From assembly GCA_965178125.1 (NCBI GenBank), contig OZ237759.1:372001-436000 (forward strand): a DNA stretch of 64,000 bases. Direction: 5' to 3'. The notes beneath the pieces are model-generated. The model searched no databases. It was not told the DNA's origin and worked only from the letters and a program-made list of their open reading frames with translations. This DNA comes from Bilabrum cf. latius. Taxonomy: Eukaryota. Both the position numbers and the translations under genes were made by a program. This document shows positions 12,701 through 25,605 of this stretch, in pieces; within the stretch, counting starts at the first letter, position 1; each line of letters opens with the position of its first letter.

Positions 12701-14444
12701 TCGAGTACTTTGTGCTCTGGTCGGGAGGGGTAGGCAAAGGTGACGTCCTTGAAGCTGAGCGCGCCCCTGACCCTGTCCAGGCCCACCTTGTTCCCCGCTT
12801 CCGAGTCCGTGTTAATCTCTGGGCACCGCTCCATGAGCTCGATCACCATGCCCACCTTGGTCCTTGCAGTCGAAAACCCGGCGATGTTTGGTGCGATCTG
12901 CGCCAAGCTAAAGACGCCTATAATGACCGAGAAGAGCACCCTGGTGGCTGTCCCGCCCGAAGTGCACTCGGTGGGCGGCAGCGGCTGCCTACACGCCTCG
13001 CTGTTCTACCGGTCCTGCACGACAAGCCAGCCCCCGAACCAGTACGTCACCCCGAACGTCACGCAGAACATGCAAAAGAACGTTCCCTGACCCATGCCGA
13101 AGTACATCTATTTCTTAATGCCGGCATCTTCGGCCCCTTGCAGCTGGTTGCTGTACCTCTGCAGCTCTGTCTTCTCCCTGCCGAAGGCAGCAACGGTGCG
13201 GATTGCGGAGATGGCCTGCGTGGCGACCTGTCCCGCCCGTGCGTACGCCGCTGACGCCTCTTGCTCCAGGCCGCCCCTCGACCACTCCACCAGGCTGCCG
13301 CCGAGAATGGCCACGGGAAGGGTGCCGAAGACCAGGAGCGCCATCTTCCAATTAAAATAGAAGCCTGCTGCAATCCCTATGAAGAACGAGGTCCCGTTGT
13401 GGATGCCCTGGCCCAGCTTGGAGCCGATGCCGTTGCGGATCTGTATGGTGTCCTCTGCCATGGTGCCAGCGACTGCTTCCGCGGGATGCGTGTCGTAGTA
13501 CTCTGCCGGCTGGCGGAGTAGGGCTCTCAAGTAGTCCTCCCGGATACGCATGGTCTGGTTGTTCGCGGCAATCATGAACAGAGTGGTCTCTGCGTACGAC
13601 GCGACGAAAGTGGCCGCGCACACGATACCGAACAGGCTCGATAGGAAGCCAACATCCTCCAAGAGTTCGTCCTGCAATGAAAGAACTGATAACAAATGGA
13701 CCGTTTGTATTTGGCGTGACGGGTTCGTGCGGTCTTCTTCGCCGTCACGTTGCTGAGTTGCTCTTTCGATGACCCGCGATGAGCTATAAATTCTCGTCGG
13801 CAGCTTTAGCAACACAAAGCAGAGAAAAGGCCAGCTATTGTTCCACATCATTACATCAATGATCTTAAGTGTTGCGCCTTACCTGATTTCCAGCGATTTG
13901 GTCGATCATGGAGCCTGCGCCGATGGTGTCAAAGAATGGCGGCAATCGAGTGCGCAAGATAGGTGTGTGAATTTTGACCACCGATTTCTGGAGGTTAGTT
14001 GATTAAACTGTCAAATGGATTGAGAATGTCCTGCTCGTGAGTGGTAGCGATCGTGCGGTCTTGTCGAATGACATCGCCAGCAGCTGCGGGGGCATCGTGG
14101 GCCTGGCAGCTCGCCACAACCGCGGCCATGTCTCACCGAGCAGTACAGCCATCCCTGGAAGCGCAGCGCCATTGACCTGCATATAGTAGGGTATAGGTAA
14201 TAAATACACTGCTATGATGCGGACCAACCATCCGCTTGGGCCTTGTAGGGGCCAGTTGGACCCGCAGCCTGCGCATAGCCGCAGCTAAACCCGCAGCCTG
14301 CAAAGCCGCTCGAGGCCGTCTCACCAGAGCGAGTACGAAGCCGATTGACATGAGGACAGCATCAAGCGAGTCTGCCCATTGGAAGAGTTCGCAGACAGTA
14401 GCGCCTCTTGACTTGGCTATTCCTCCAGTTTCTTTCTCTGGCAT
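9733..14444 (-). CDS. ABCB1: Full-length ABCB (MDR/P-glycoprotein-like) transporter
   Basis: Two TMD-NBD halves with Walker A (GGSGSGKS, GPSGSGKS) and VSGGQKQRI signatures. N-terminal ELFQWADSLDAVLM; three 5' introns. In-frame TAGs at 13108 and 13006; TGA at 9733. Confidence 0.93.
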
Positions 14445-14565
14445 TCTGAATGTCTGAGTGTGAAGTGAGGCTGTCGCCAACACCGCACAGCGAACTTTTG
14501 GGATTCGGAGTAATGAACGTTCGTCAAGCTGCAACAGACACGTCAATTGGCTTTAATGGCAAACT

Positions 14566-16525
14566 ATGCTGCGTGGATGGAGACAATTGAATTTTAAACG
14601 ATTGTCATGGAATACATGTGTTTGTATGCGCAAGCTATCGGGCCAAGTACCGTCCGGTCCTTTTGATAATGGTGGGATATTGGGTGATGCTTGTCTGTCA
14701 TTTGTCAGTCAGCGAAGAATGTTACGATTATCCGGTGCCCCTCGCAACGTTCGCAGAGAAACGAATATAGAATAGAGACTAGTCATTCAATCATGCAAAC
14801 AGGAAGCCACAAAGTCGAGCTCGTGTCATCCGGTAGCATATTGCTTCAATGCTCGTCGACAGAGTAGCCGTAAGATGAAGTCAAGACCGCCTCAAATGAT
14901 ATGGTGGTCAAGCAGTGCATATTATGAAGCAACTTAACTGGCATGCGAATCGCCTTGTCTCACAGGATGCGTCTCGTACCTTTCCAGTGGCAGCGGAGCT
15001 CACAGCTCATGCCGGTGACTGTACAAGGCTCCTGCTGCCAGCAGCATTCCAGCCTGGTGTTACAATGAAGACAGTATGCGCAGAAAGTACGTTGGCTAGT
15101 GCGTCGGATGAGCTCGTGGAGCAGCCGGATGGCCGCTGGCCGGGGTCGCCGTTTGGGATCCAGCGCTTGTTCGTGTGCGACCCTTCGGCAAGGGCCCTGC
15201 AGACCCACAGGCAGGAAATGTTCGCCGCTGCCGGCAGTGACCCCTAGCAAGCAATCGCTTCCGTCCTGTCGGAGGGTATCGGCGTCGCTGAGATCTCCAG
15301 GGGCAGTGACCCGGTGGCCCAAGTGGTGCACATGCAGGCAGACGAGACAGCCGGATACCTCCCTTTTGGAGACAGCTCTCTCGATCTACTAGTCTCAACC
15401 GGTGGCCTGCACTGGTGCAACGACCTGGAGAAAGCGCTCAAGGAGTGCATGCGGGTCCTGAAACCGGACGGGCTCTTCCTAGCGGCGCTGCCTGGAGGGC
15501 ACACCCTCCCTGAGCTCAGGTCCTCCATCGAGCTGGCGGAGCAGGAGCGGAGGGGGGGAGCATCGCCGAGGGTGGCGCCCTCAAGAGACCCCGATGCGGT
15601 CACCAGAAGCCTGCAGGCGGTCGGGTTCGGGCTTCCGGCAGCTGACACCGAGTTCCTGCAGCTGGACAGCGAGCCCTCAGAGGGCGGACCTGTAGATGCC
15701 ATGGAGCTGCTGGGTGAGATGGGGGAGGGGCCCGCGCTGAGAGGCAGGGAACAAGGGGGCCTCGGCGGGATGGACGTGATCCTGGCTGCAGCGGCGGTGC
15801 AAACTGCAATGCATGGAGGCGGTGCGGCGGCTGCTGCCCTGCAGGCGTGGGAGGAGGAAGGCAGGAGCTTTGGGGTGAGCTAGGCGGCTCTGCAGGTGGA
15901 CGGTGCTAGGTCTGGCGCAGATGAGGGAGCCAGCTCTGATGTTGTTGATGAGGATTATGATTCCCAGGAGGCAGCGGTGCCTCGACCGGGTGCATCAGAT
16001 CCGATCCCGGAGGGGGCAAGTGAGGAAGAGAAGCAATTCATGGCCAGGATGCAGGATTGGGCGGCGCACGGCCCGCCCGACGCCGAAGAGCGACTGTACC
16101 GGCGTCCCGATGACCAGGCCAGGGCTGGGGCACCTGCTCGGGCGCTGAGGCGAGCCTCTGAGGGGGATGAGGTGGGGGACTGGATGGCCCGGCGGATCGT
16201 GGAGGGCGGTGTGACGACTACGATGCAGATCATCTTCGCTCTGGGATGGAAGCCTGCACCCACCCAGCAGGCCCCGTTGCCTAGGGGCTCCAGGCCGCGG
16301 GGGTTCGCGCAGCGGGGCGGCGAAGATGAGGAGGAAGACGATGGACAGGAGGGTGGGGGCCAGGGCGATGAGTGGGGCGGGCTGGATGCGGTGCTGGCAG
16401 AGTACGAGGACTCTGTGGCAGAGGTGGAGGCTGAGAAAAGCGGGAGTCGAGGCGGTGGCAAGGGGGCTGGTAGTGGCGGTGATGGTCGTGGCACTACAGG
16501 CGGTAAGGGTGATGGCCAGCCATGA
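14566..16525 (+). CDS. NDUFAF5: Mitochondrial complex I assembly factor NDUFAF5 (SAM-methyltransferase fold)
   Basis: LHWCNDL, LKPDGLFLAA, TLPELRSSIELAEQERRGG and QIIFALGWKP motifs. The spliced N-terminus reads PFDNEKRI*NRD...MLVDRVADASRTFP. Five in-frame TAGs; ends TGA. Confidence 0.88.
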
Positions 16526-16593
16526 GGTAGTGCAACTGCAGGCATATCACGAGAATTCACACATGGGATGATATTATCCTCCCCATTATAGCG

Positions 16594-18642
16594 TCACACC
16601 ATCCCGAGCAACCCTGCATGGGCTCCAGCTGCCCCTGAAACAACATCAGAATCATGCGCCACTCTATGAGACACCGACGGACTCATCCACACCGACACGC
16701 CAGCCACTGCGATGCCCACCAGAAACGCCGCGTCGAAGGCTGCGTGAAACCATCCGAACCGCAGCGGGCCAAGCATCGCCTCCAGCTCTCGCCTGTGCCA
16801 GGCGGGCACCTGCATACGGAGCAGCACCAGCTGTCCCAGCGTGAACGGGATCATGGCAAGCGCCAGCCACATCGCGCTCATCCCCAGTGTCCCCGCTGCC
16901 ATTCTCCTCCTGGCACTCGCCTCCGTCAGTCGATCCAGCGCCTGCTCGGGGCTGCCCTCCAGCAGCTTGGGCAGGCTGGGGCCTGGCTGCTTGGACGATC
17001 TCTTGCCGCGGCTGCCAGCGGGGCCAACTGCGGCTCTGCCACCGCTACCACCGGCGGTGGGTGAAATAGTGATAGTCGACCCGACCCCAAGAGCAGCAGC
17101 CAGCTTGCGACCGTTGGTGACAAGTCCCCTGAGTCCCACCGCTACTAGCGTAGCCACCACGCACAACGAAGCAGTCTCGAGGGCCCAGCCGAGGAGGCTG
17201 CCGCCACCACCTGGCCCAGACCCAGCCTCACCAACCTCAATTGTACTGCCCCTGTACTCTTCGAATACGCCTGCCGACTGTACCAGTCCTACCGCGCGCA
17301 TCGTCCGAGTTGCCAATAGCGCCGCAGTGGTCAGCGGGTCGCGCTCAGGCCGTCTTCCCGTGGCCAGGTTGAATGCAGCGAGGCAAGCCCTCGCGGCACC
17401 GACCAGAGCCAGACCCATCCCCGCGGTGCTCTTGGTCCACCCGAGCCAGCTGCCGCTCCGCATCTCGATCGCGCGATCTAGCTGCTCATCCCATCCGGCC
17501 AGATCGATGATGGCTGCCTCGAGTCCTGCCCGCGTCCCGATGGAGCTCACGTCGGCCAGCTCCACCGAGGCCATGCCAGTGGAAACTGAGGCGGACATTC
17601 GGCTGGGACTGGCCTTCTCCGACGATGTCACGAGCTACAGTTCTGCACACGATGCCATGAGTCTAGTGGTTTGGCGCAGCTGCATAAGCTGTCCGGCCGT
17701 AGGGTGCTGCTGCATGTCTTCACCTTGGTGAGATGAAGGCCACTCCTGCTAATAGGCCCAGATCGAGGCATGCCTGAAACCTGCACTGGCACCACTTCGC
17801 TGGTGGTCGGATGTTTCGCCCTAGCCGCGATTGCGATTCCCATTTCGGTGCCTTGCATGTGTTCGCGGTTCTGTATTTACGGCAAATGCTGGCTCTGTGT
17901 GCTGCATGCGGTGTGCTGCATTGTTGGAGATGTGCCCAGGCTTGGCCGGCTTATCGCCGCGGAGAGCCGAGGATCTGGACACTTCCTCAGGGAGTAGGGC
18001 CAGTACTTGACGAATGGCATGCTACGCTCCTGATGCGGTGGTCAGTGGTGAAGGCTGCCAGCGGTGCACCCACTGTGTTGGAGTGAGCACAGCGCCAAGG
18101 CCAGAGAGGAAACCGCCCAAAATGGCACCGAGCGAGCCGACTCTGCCGACTACATTTATGAATTGGTTCTAACCCTATCGTTTCTCGTGGTCGTGCTGGG
18201 CGGGATGCCGACAATCCGGACCGTCTACGTTGCAGCTCCATGGAAGCACAGCAGTCACTCCCAGCGTCACACAAGCAATAGCAGTACTCACACAGAGCCA
18301 CAAAGCGAGTTGCGCACCTACTGAGCGGTCTGGCGAGCCCAAGCCTAGAGCAGCTGGCACGGCAGCTATGAAACACACTAGCAAGATCGCTGCATCGGCT
18401 TGCCACATCCATAGTCTGCTCGCTACATCACCGAGCCCCGCGAGCATTGCCGGAATAAGAAGGAGTGAATGGCCACAAATGACTAAGGTAAAAACGAATA
18501 CGCACATTCTTCCAGCAAGCGGCCACGTTGCGAAACGCACAAATGGCAACAGTCTTGTAGTTGGCAGACGTTCCAGCCACACAAAGGCAACAATCGCCGG
18601 AGGTCCCAATAGCAAGGGCAGCATCCATAAAACTATCTCCAT
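16594..18642 (-). CDS. GPR89: Golgi pH regulator / GPR89 (GTG)-like multi-pass membrane protein
   Basis: VVGRVGSLGAILGGFLSGLGAV, ERDPLT, LVLLRMQVP and FHAAFDAAFL resemble the GPR89 family. One continuous frame when about six TAGs are read as sense; TGA at 16594. Confidence 0.75.
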
Positions 18643-19026
18643 CGCGCATTCACGGCATATCCAGCAGCGATGGCAGAAATGGTCAGGAAATCGGTGCCAT
18701 CATGATGTGACGATTGATTCTTCGCATGCTGCTTCAAGCTGCAGCTTGCTAGCAGCTACGTGTGACACGCATTATAGATATGGTCTGCGCAACACTGCAA
18801 TGCACTCCTCTCCGTCCGCCCGTACTCTCCCCGTTATGTCTCCGTTGCTCCCGTGTCCCCCCACTGAGGTGCCGAGAAGGGGGGGAGGCGGTGAGAGAGC
18901 AACGTGTTCGGATGCACGGGCGGGGGAGACATTCGGAGGGATCTGCTGAAGGAAGCCAACCAAAGTGGCACATGTCTCTGCGTTCGCCCTATTTCCGCGA
19001 GTGGCTTCGATCCAACCCCTCAAAAA

Positions 19027-19927
19027 TCAAGCGAACGGGTTCTGTTCACTCACCCCGCCCTCCTCCACGTCCCCCGTGTCCGCCTGATCCGGCGTGCCGT
19101 TCAGGGGATTCGTCGTGGCGCTCGCGCCTGCCTCATCGCCCCCGTACTCGCTGCCAGGCGCCCCGCTGGATATGTCAGCTGACCCCTGGGTATTGCCAGA
19201 GGCGAAGGTCGCCCGCGCGATGGCGTCCCCCTTGTTGGCCTGCTCCTTGTCCAGCAGGTACCGGGGCCCGAACACCGACAGCATGATCTGAGCGAAGCAA
19301 ATTCCAAAGAGCAAGCCCCCGGTCACCTGGCACAGAGTGGACGTGTCGATCGCGATCAGGAAGCTCCCGACGAACGCGTAAAAGAACGCCCGCCCGACGT
19401 ACGAGTGCATGAACCCGAACGGTCGGAGCACGGAATTCTGCGGATCCACGTATAATTGCAAAACAAGGAGACTTGAATTGCTGCAGCGCAGCAGTTAGGC
19501 TTCATGAACGCGAACCGGTTCAGATTTCAAGTAGAATCTGAGATCCCTCACGTTGATATCTTTTAACCTAATTTCACCCAGGATTGTTAGAAGTCCCATC
19601 AAAAACAAATACAGCAACGTCACTCCAGAATAAAACTGCGGCGGTAGATCCAAGCAAAAGGTCGATTCGTTGCTCAAGCCATCCATTTGACCGAACAAGG
19701 CGCGCATTGCAGCTTATGTAGGCATTAAATCTCACATCACTCTAGGACGGTAACTAATCCCGTTTCACTTCTTCATCCTAGGCTCGCCGGTGCAGCTAAT
19801 CAAATCCAAAGCCCGCCAAGACACACATGCCGGCTCCAACGATTCCACTGATCACCTAAATTCCAATGTCGAGATAAATGCATGCAGGGCTAGCCGCAGC
19901 ACCCGCGGGAGCAGCCTTAGAGCTCAT
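19027..19927 (-). CDS. COPI-associated (TVP15-like) Golgi membrane protein
   Basis: GLLTILGE and FGFMHSYVGRAFFYAFVG motifs, hydrophobic helices, two inferred introns, TAGs in exon 1; TGA at 19027. Confidence 0.7.
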
Positions 19928-20277
19928 TCCAACCAAGGCCTCTCTGCGATGGAAGCTAGGTAAGCTATGCACTGATTCAATATTGGAGATTCGCGACGAC
20001 GGAGTCCGCAGAGATGTGAGAGGCAAGCCGAACCCCGTCGAAAGTATAGGGGCCAATGAAGCAGATCGGAATGTTACGACTCTCACTAGCGAAGGGATGG
20101 ATTTAGGGGTTGCTAGATCTGTTCGGACGCGTCGAATCCGCACCGCACCGCCGGCCGCCGGCAACTCTCAAATGACACGCTACCGTTGCTCTAAATCAAA
20201 CCCATAAAGACCTGTGGAAATGACTATAGATTGAATGAATGTGTGAGCAGACTGGTAGAGGATATAATCTTGGCTAA

Positions 20278-21876
20278 ATGGAGCACCAATCGCCGCAGAT
20301 TAGGCTCGAATCAGACCCTTTGGTGAACGGAAGTCCGATTGGATCACTCATGCCAACTGCAAGTGGGGGTGATATCGGCACTGAAGATGAGTTTGAGGAT
20401 TTTTCTGAGGATGAAGGCAAGCATGATGGTAGTGCAACAAAACAGCTGGCCACTAATGGAGGCAGTGGAGGCGAAGGGTAGGTACGCTCTACATCTGAAG
20501 AGACGCGTGGCCCTGCCAGCAAATCCGCAGCGTTGGCCGAATCTGGTGGCAACAGTGTAGGCGATGGTGCGCAAGCACATCAAGGCAAACCAGCAGGCGC
20601 GATGCCGGTGCATTGGCGCCCATCGTGGCAGCGAGTGGAAGCGCACTTGTCCCTGGCCAAGCAGAAGAAACAGGATGGCAACGAAGCGTACAAGAACAAC
20701 CGGGTCGACGAGGCCATACTTCATTACTCCTCCTCTGCATCGGCCGTCCACGCACTTGAAGGGGTATTAGCCGATTTAGAGAAGGCTGGTGTCGGCCATC
20801 TGCCGTCGAGACCGGATGAGGACACCGCCCTCGAATCCATCGAAGAGGGCAGGAGCTGGCGTTCTCCCGCTCGGTCCATGGACGAGACGCCATCTGCTGG
20901 TGCGTCTGCGCTCGGCCCCTCCCTTGCATCTCCTGTGGAGGAGGCCATCGCGAAGGAGATGAAAGCGACAGATGGGTCCTCGGCAGCCGCGGATGCGCCC
21001 ATCACAGCGGCGGCAAAGGCACAAGGAACACCCGATGCCGCAGAATCTGGTGCGGGGGCACTCGCGGCGGCATCAAAGACGAGTGCCGGGACCGGCGCCG
21101 CGCAAAAGCGTAGCGGAACCGGCGCCGCGCACGAGGGCCGCACCAGCGGCGAGTACCTTCAAGAGCTCCGCTCGATGGTGGCCAAGGTGTACGCCAACCG
21201 GGGCCAGGTGAAGATGAAGAAAAAAGAATGGGCCGAGGCCATAGCGGACTGCGACGAGGCACTGGACCGCGACCCCCGGTACTTGAAGGCGATGCTGCGG
21301 CGGGCCACGTGCCTGGAGCGGCTGGAGCAGTGGGAGGACGCAGTGGAGGACTGGCAGGACGTGCTGAAGACTGACCCGAGAAGTGCCGAGGGCCGCGCGG
21401 GGCTGGCTCGTTGCGAGTCCTAGAAGAAGAAGAAGGAAGAGGGCATGAAGGAGGAGATGGTGGGCAAGCTCAAGGACCTCGGGAACATGGTGCTGGGGAA
21501 CTTCGGGCTGTCCGTGGACAACTTCGAGCTCAAGTAGGACGAGAGCGGGGGGTACAGCGTGCAGTTCAACCAGAATCCGAATCCGAAGGGGGGCGGCGGC
21601 AAGGGAGGTGACGGGGGAGGGGGAGGTGGAGGTGGAGGGGCGGCCAGCGGCTCTGGTGCCAGAGGGGGAGCGGGTGCAGAGGCGAAGACCGGTGGTTCTA
21701 GCGCTGGAGCTGGAGCCGGTCCAGGAGGCAGTGGGTTCAGTTTCTAGTTCGACACCTCTAAGGGCAGTGGAGGTGGGGCACCCGGCGATGGCTCCAAGTC
21801 GGGGACATCGTACCCTTGTCCTCACGAAGAGTGGGAGGAAGAGGATGAGGACATTCTGGAGGATGATGATGTTTGA
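20278..21876 (+). CDS. TTC1: Tetratricopeptide repeat protein 1 homolog
   Basis: Three TPRs ([25 protein letters not shown]) plus the TTC1-type C-terminus [36 protein letters not shown]. TAGs at 20479, 21421, 21535, 21745; TGA at 21874. Confidence 0.85.
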
Positions 21877-22055
21877 TTGGATAGTGAACAGCTCGAGAAT
21901 GTAGGCTCAATCGTTGGGCTTGAGGGCTCGAATCGATTCAAACGCGAGCAGTTGCAGTTTGGGCGCTGCCCGGTTCCGGTTCCTGGGCACATCCTGGATC
22001 ATCAAGCGTTACTTTGGTGGCAGTCCTCGGATTGTTTCTGGTATTGAATTGCGTG

Positions 22056-22320
22056 CGCGTCAAAAGTTCCGTCCGGCAGGCGATGGTGCGCGGCGCCCTT
22101 CGAACCCCATCGCCTGCCGATAAAATCGTCCTGGCCGCGGGCCATCGCGGGGCGATGAGAGCGCAAGTTGTCGCCTCCCATCGCGGGGCGATGCCTTAGC
22201 CCTCATCGCCCGCCGATGGCCACCGATGGCCGCCGGCGGGCGTCGGCGGCCGATGAGGGCCGAGCCATCGCCCCGCGATGGGAGCCGGCGGCCATCGGTG
22301 GCCGTCGGCGGGCGATCAGG
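22056..22320. repeat. CATCG/CGATG-rich palindromic block with nested inverted repeats
   Basis: 22175-22193 is the exact reverse complement of 22266-22284. 22205-22237 pairs with 22284-22316 with one mismatch. Confidence 0.8.
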
Positions 22321-22609
22321 AGTATCCTCCCGAAAGTGCTCTCGCACCGATCTAGATCCCTTCTTCCCTCCCGAAGTAACGTGCGATTTTGATATACCGG
22401 AGCAGACCGGGCCGACGGCGAGGGTTGCAGGCATCCGGTTTGCCAGAAAGCGTAAAGTATTTAGTCCGTGCGAGCGAAGCATTGGTGTCTGGGATGAACA
22501 AAATATGTCTGTGATGAACGCCCGCAAAAGCGCGCTTCATTGCAACGTCAACTCCGTGATGGCAGGGGGCCCGAGCTTGGCGCCCTACCTCGGTCGGGTT
22601 CTGTGTCCC

Positions 22610-23246
22610 TTAGTACATGGCTTCGTGCCTACCGCTGCCGTCACCGTCATCGTCGCTTTCTTCTGCGCCACTCATCGTGTCGTCGTCGGCCATCTCTTGC
22701 GCCTCGGCCTCCGCGGCCCCACCCGTTGCCGCCTCAGGCTGCGGCGCTGCGGGCAGCCCCTGGTCGGCGCGATCCAGAGCCAATAGGACATTATCAGCGT
22801 CCAGATATTGCTGGGTGGCTCGGTGTACCGCTGCCACCAGGCGGCTGTCGTGCTCGCTGCTGCTCGGTGGCAGCGCCATGCCCGAGCAGTCCTTGCCTTG
22901 CTCGTAGTCGAACGACATCATCTTTCCCAGCTGTGCCCTGCCGTCTACCAGAAGGCTGCCGGCCTCCATAGCGCTCCGAACCCGCTTGTGTCCGGCTCTC
23001 GCAGGCCCTGCGGCGGCCTCGAGCTCGTGGTGTTGCTGCTGGTCGCGCGGGGCGCCCGGCGCGCGCTGCCCCGTTCTCACCCACATTTGCCCTCTTCCTT
23101 ACCGGCTATTCTTTGTCATCGGTTTTTATGCAAGTGCCGGCACCAGGCGAGCCGGGAGGCGGCCCAGTCAGAAGAGTTGAGGTGGCATGCTGGACTGCTC
23201 TCCTGTCAGGCTAGTTGCCCCCTCCACGCCGGAGTCCACGGTCCAC
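22610..23246 (-). CDS. Hypothetical protein (last exon; 5' end unresolved)
   Basis: GC-rich coding-like frame with an acidic C-terminus, possible splice acceptor at 23247, two in-frame TAGs. Ends at TAA (22610-22612). Confidence 0.45.
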
Positions 23247-24114
23247 CTGTCAGGCTTGCCGTTCGGCGAACTTGTGTACAGCAAGCACAAAGCCTGATAC
23301 GAATGTAGAACATGAGCAGCATGCATGCTATAAGCAATTATGGGGGGAGGGGAGGCAAATTCATGCCTCCATGAAGTAACGTGTATGTTCGGGTGATCCG
23401 ATCCATTTTCCACTTCTGTATTTGGGTAGTCGCCACAATTGAATCGACAAAGCAACCGAGATCAAACCAATGCTACCAATGCTCGCCTTTCTTAGTAGTT
23501 GTAACTACAAAGCACGCGCTTTCGGGTCTTGGTGCTATATTTCAAGACGCAGGACGGAGGTTAAGACCATGCAATCGACAGTCCCGGTGCAGCCCAAGAA
23601 TGCCACAATCCGTGAGCAAATTCGGTCGTACCTGGTACACTTCGGTTCCATTAAGATCGATAATACAATGAAAATGAAAATGGTATTGTATTTACGTCGT
23701 GTCATTACTGTGCAGGGAAGTTATGCTTGAGTGAGCACGATGCAAACTGCAACTGTGATACGTTCTGCCTTGTGCAGAACATGTGAGTGCAGTTCCGACA
23801 TGATATTATTGTCTTTTAAGCTTGCAGTCTTGTTTCTGTTGGAAGGCGCAGTCATATCACAGCCGGTAAACTACAAAGAGACCTGCTGCGGCGGCTGGAA
23901 CGAGCAGAGCAGCGGCAGAGCGTCAGTGCACGCACCCAATCGTGAAGCGGCACCATCTACAGCAAAGTCGATAAGTACAATTTGCATGTTCCGGAAGCCG
24001 CGAGCAAGGCAACGGCTGCACAGCGGCGGCTATCAGATGTCCGACATGCGACACATCACTATCGAGCCAGCCGCAGCGAGGAGACAGAGGGGAGAGAGGG
24101 AGAGAGAGAGGGGT

Positions 24115-24840
24115 CAGCCACAGCACAAGTACGAGGACAAGGACGAGGCAGAGGAAGAGGAGGAGGAGGAGGCACAGGGGGACAGCCACAGCGCAAGTAC
24201 GAGGACGAGGCAGAGGAGGAGGAGGAGGAGGAGGCACAGGGGGACAGCCACAGCACAAGGACGAGGCAGAGGAGGAGGAGGAGGCACAGGGGGACAGCCA
24301 CAGCACGAGGACGAGGACGAGGCAGAGGAGGAGGAGGAGGCACAGGGGGACAGCCACAGCACGAGAACGAGGACAAGGACGAGGCAGAGGAAGAGGAGGA
24401 GGAGGAGGCACAGGGGGACAGCCACAGCACGAGAACGAGGACAAGGACGAGGCAGAGGAGGAGGAGGAGGCACAGGGGGACAGCCACAGCACGAGAACGA
24501 GGACAAGGACGAGGCAGAGGAGGAGGAGGAGGCACAGGGGGACAGCCACAGCACAAGTACGAGGACGAGGCAGAGGAGGAGGAGGAGGAGGAGGCACAGG
24601 GGGACAGCCACAGCACGAGGACGAGGACGAGGCAGAGGAGGAGGAGGAGGCACAGGGGGACAGCCACAGCACGAGGACGAGGACGAGGCAGAGGAGGAGG
24701 AGGAGGCACAGGGGGACAGCCACAGCACGAGGACGAGGACGAGGCAGAGGAGGAGGAGGCACAGGGGGACAGCCACAGCACGCGGACGAGGACGAGGCAG
24801 AGGAGGACGAGGCATAGGAGGCGTACGATGCACAGGAGGA
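24115..24840. repeat. Purine-rich minisatellite, about 12 units of 50-70 bp
   Basis: Unit GAGGCACAGGGGGACAGCCACAGCAC followed by variable (GAGGAC)n and (GAG)n runs. Confidence 0.95.
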
Positions 24841-24841
24841 C

Positions 24842-25370
24842 AGCCACACCACCACTTGCATCCTCGAGCCAACCGCACCGAGGAGAGGGAGGGAGGGACA
24901 GAGGGGGCGAACGATGGGGGGCCAGCTAGCCACACCACCACTTGCATCCTCGAGCCAACCGCACCGAGGAGAGGGAGGGAGGGGCAGAGGGGGCGAACGA
25001 TGGGGGGCCAGCTAGCCACACCACCACTTGCATCCTCGAGCCAACCGCACCGAGGAGAGGGAGGGAGGGGCAGAGGGGGCGAACGATGGGGGGCCAGCTA
25101 GCCACACCACCACTTGCATCCTCGAGCCAACCGCACCGAGGAGAGGGAGGGAGGGGCAGAGGGGGCGAACGATGGGGGGCCAGCTAGCCACACCACCACT
25201 TGCATCCTCGAGCCAACCGCACCGAGGAGAGGGAGGGAGGGACAGAGGGGGCGAACGATGGGGGGCCAGCTAGCCACACCACCACTTGCATCCTCGAGCC
25301 AACCGCACCGAGGAGAGGGAGGGAGGGGCAGAGGGGGCGAACGATGGGGGGCCAGCTAGCCACACCACCA
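24842..25370. repeat. 86-bp tandem repeat, 6 near-identical copies plus a partial copy
   Basis: AGCCACACCACCACTTGCATCCTCGAGCC starts at 24842, 24928, 25014, 25100, 25186, 25272 and partially at 25358. Confidence 0.97.
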
Positions 25371-25605
25371 GCACCAGTATATTCGGACTACCGCTGAGCT
25401 TAGGAAGGTGTAGTGCCACGGTCGTGTGGCCGGAAAATCGGATCGGATCGCGAGTATTGGGTGGTCGCAACCCATGAACTGAATCGCTTTATTGGGCTGA
25501 GACATGGCCACCAGGAGTCACAATCATTGCGCATTATACAATTAGTATCAATTCTGAATCATTCGCACTAAGCAGCAAGGTCCAAAGCCGGGATTACGGG
25601 TTTCG

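Noticed and set aside
23731-25101. Long ORFs in all frames across the tandem repeats
   Set aside because: They result from T-poor repeat DNA. Unit lengths shift the frame, so the same peptides appear in every frame.
24842-25370. Possible CRISPR array
   Set aside because: Whole 86-bp units are near-identical with no unique spacers, there are no cas genes, and the context is eukaryotic.
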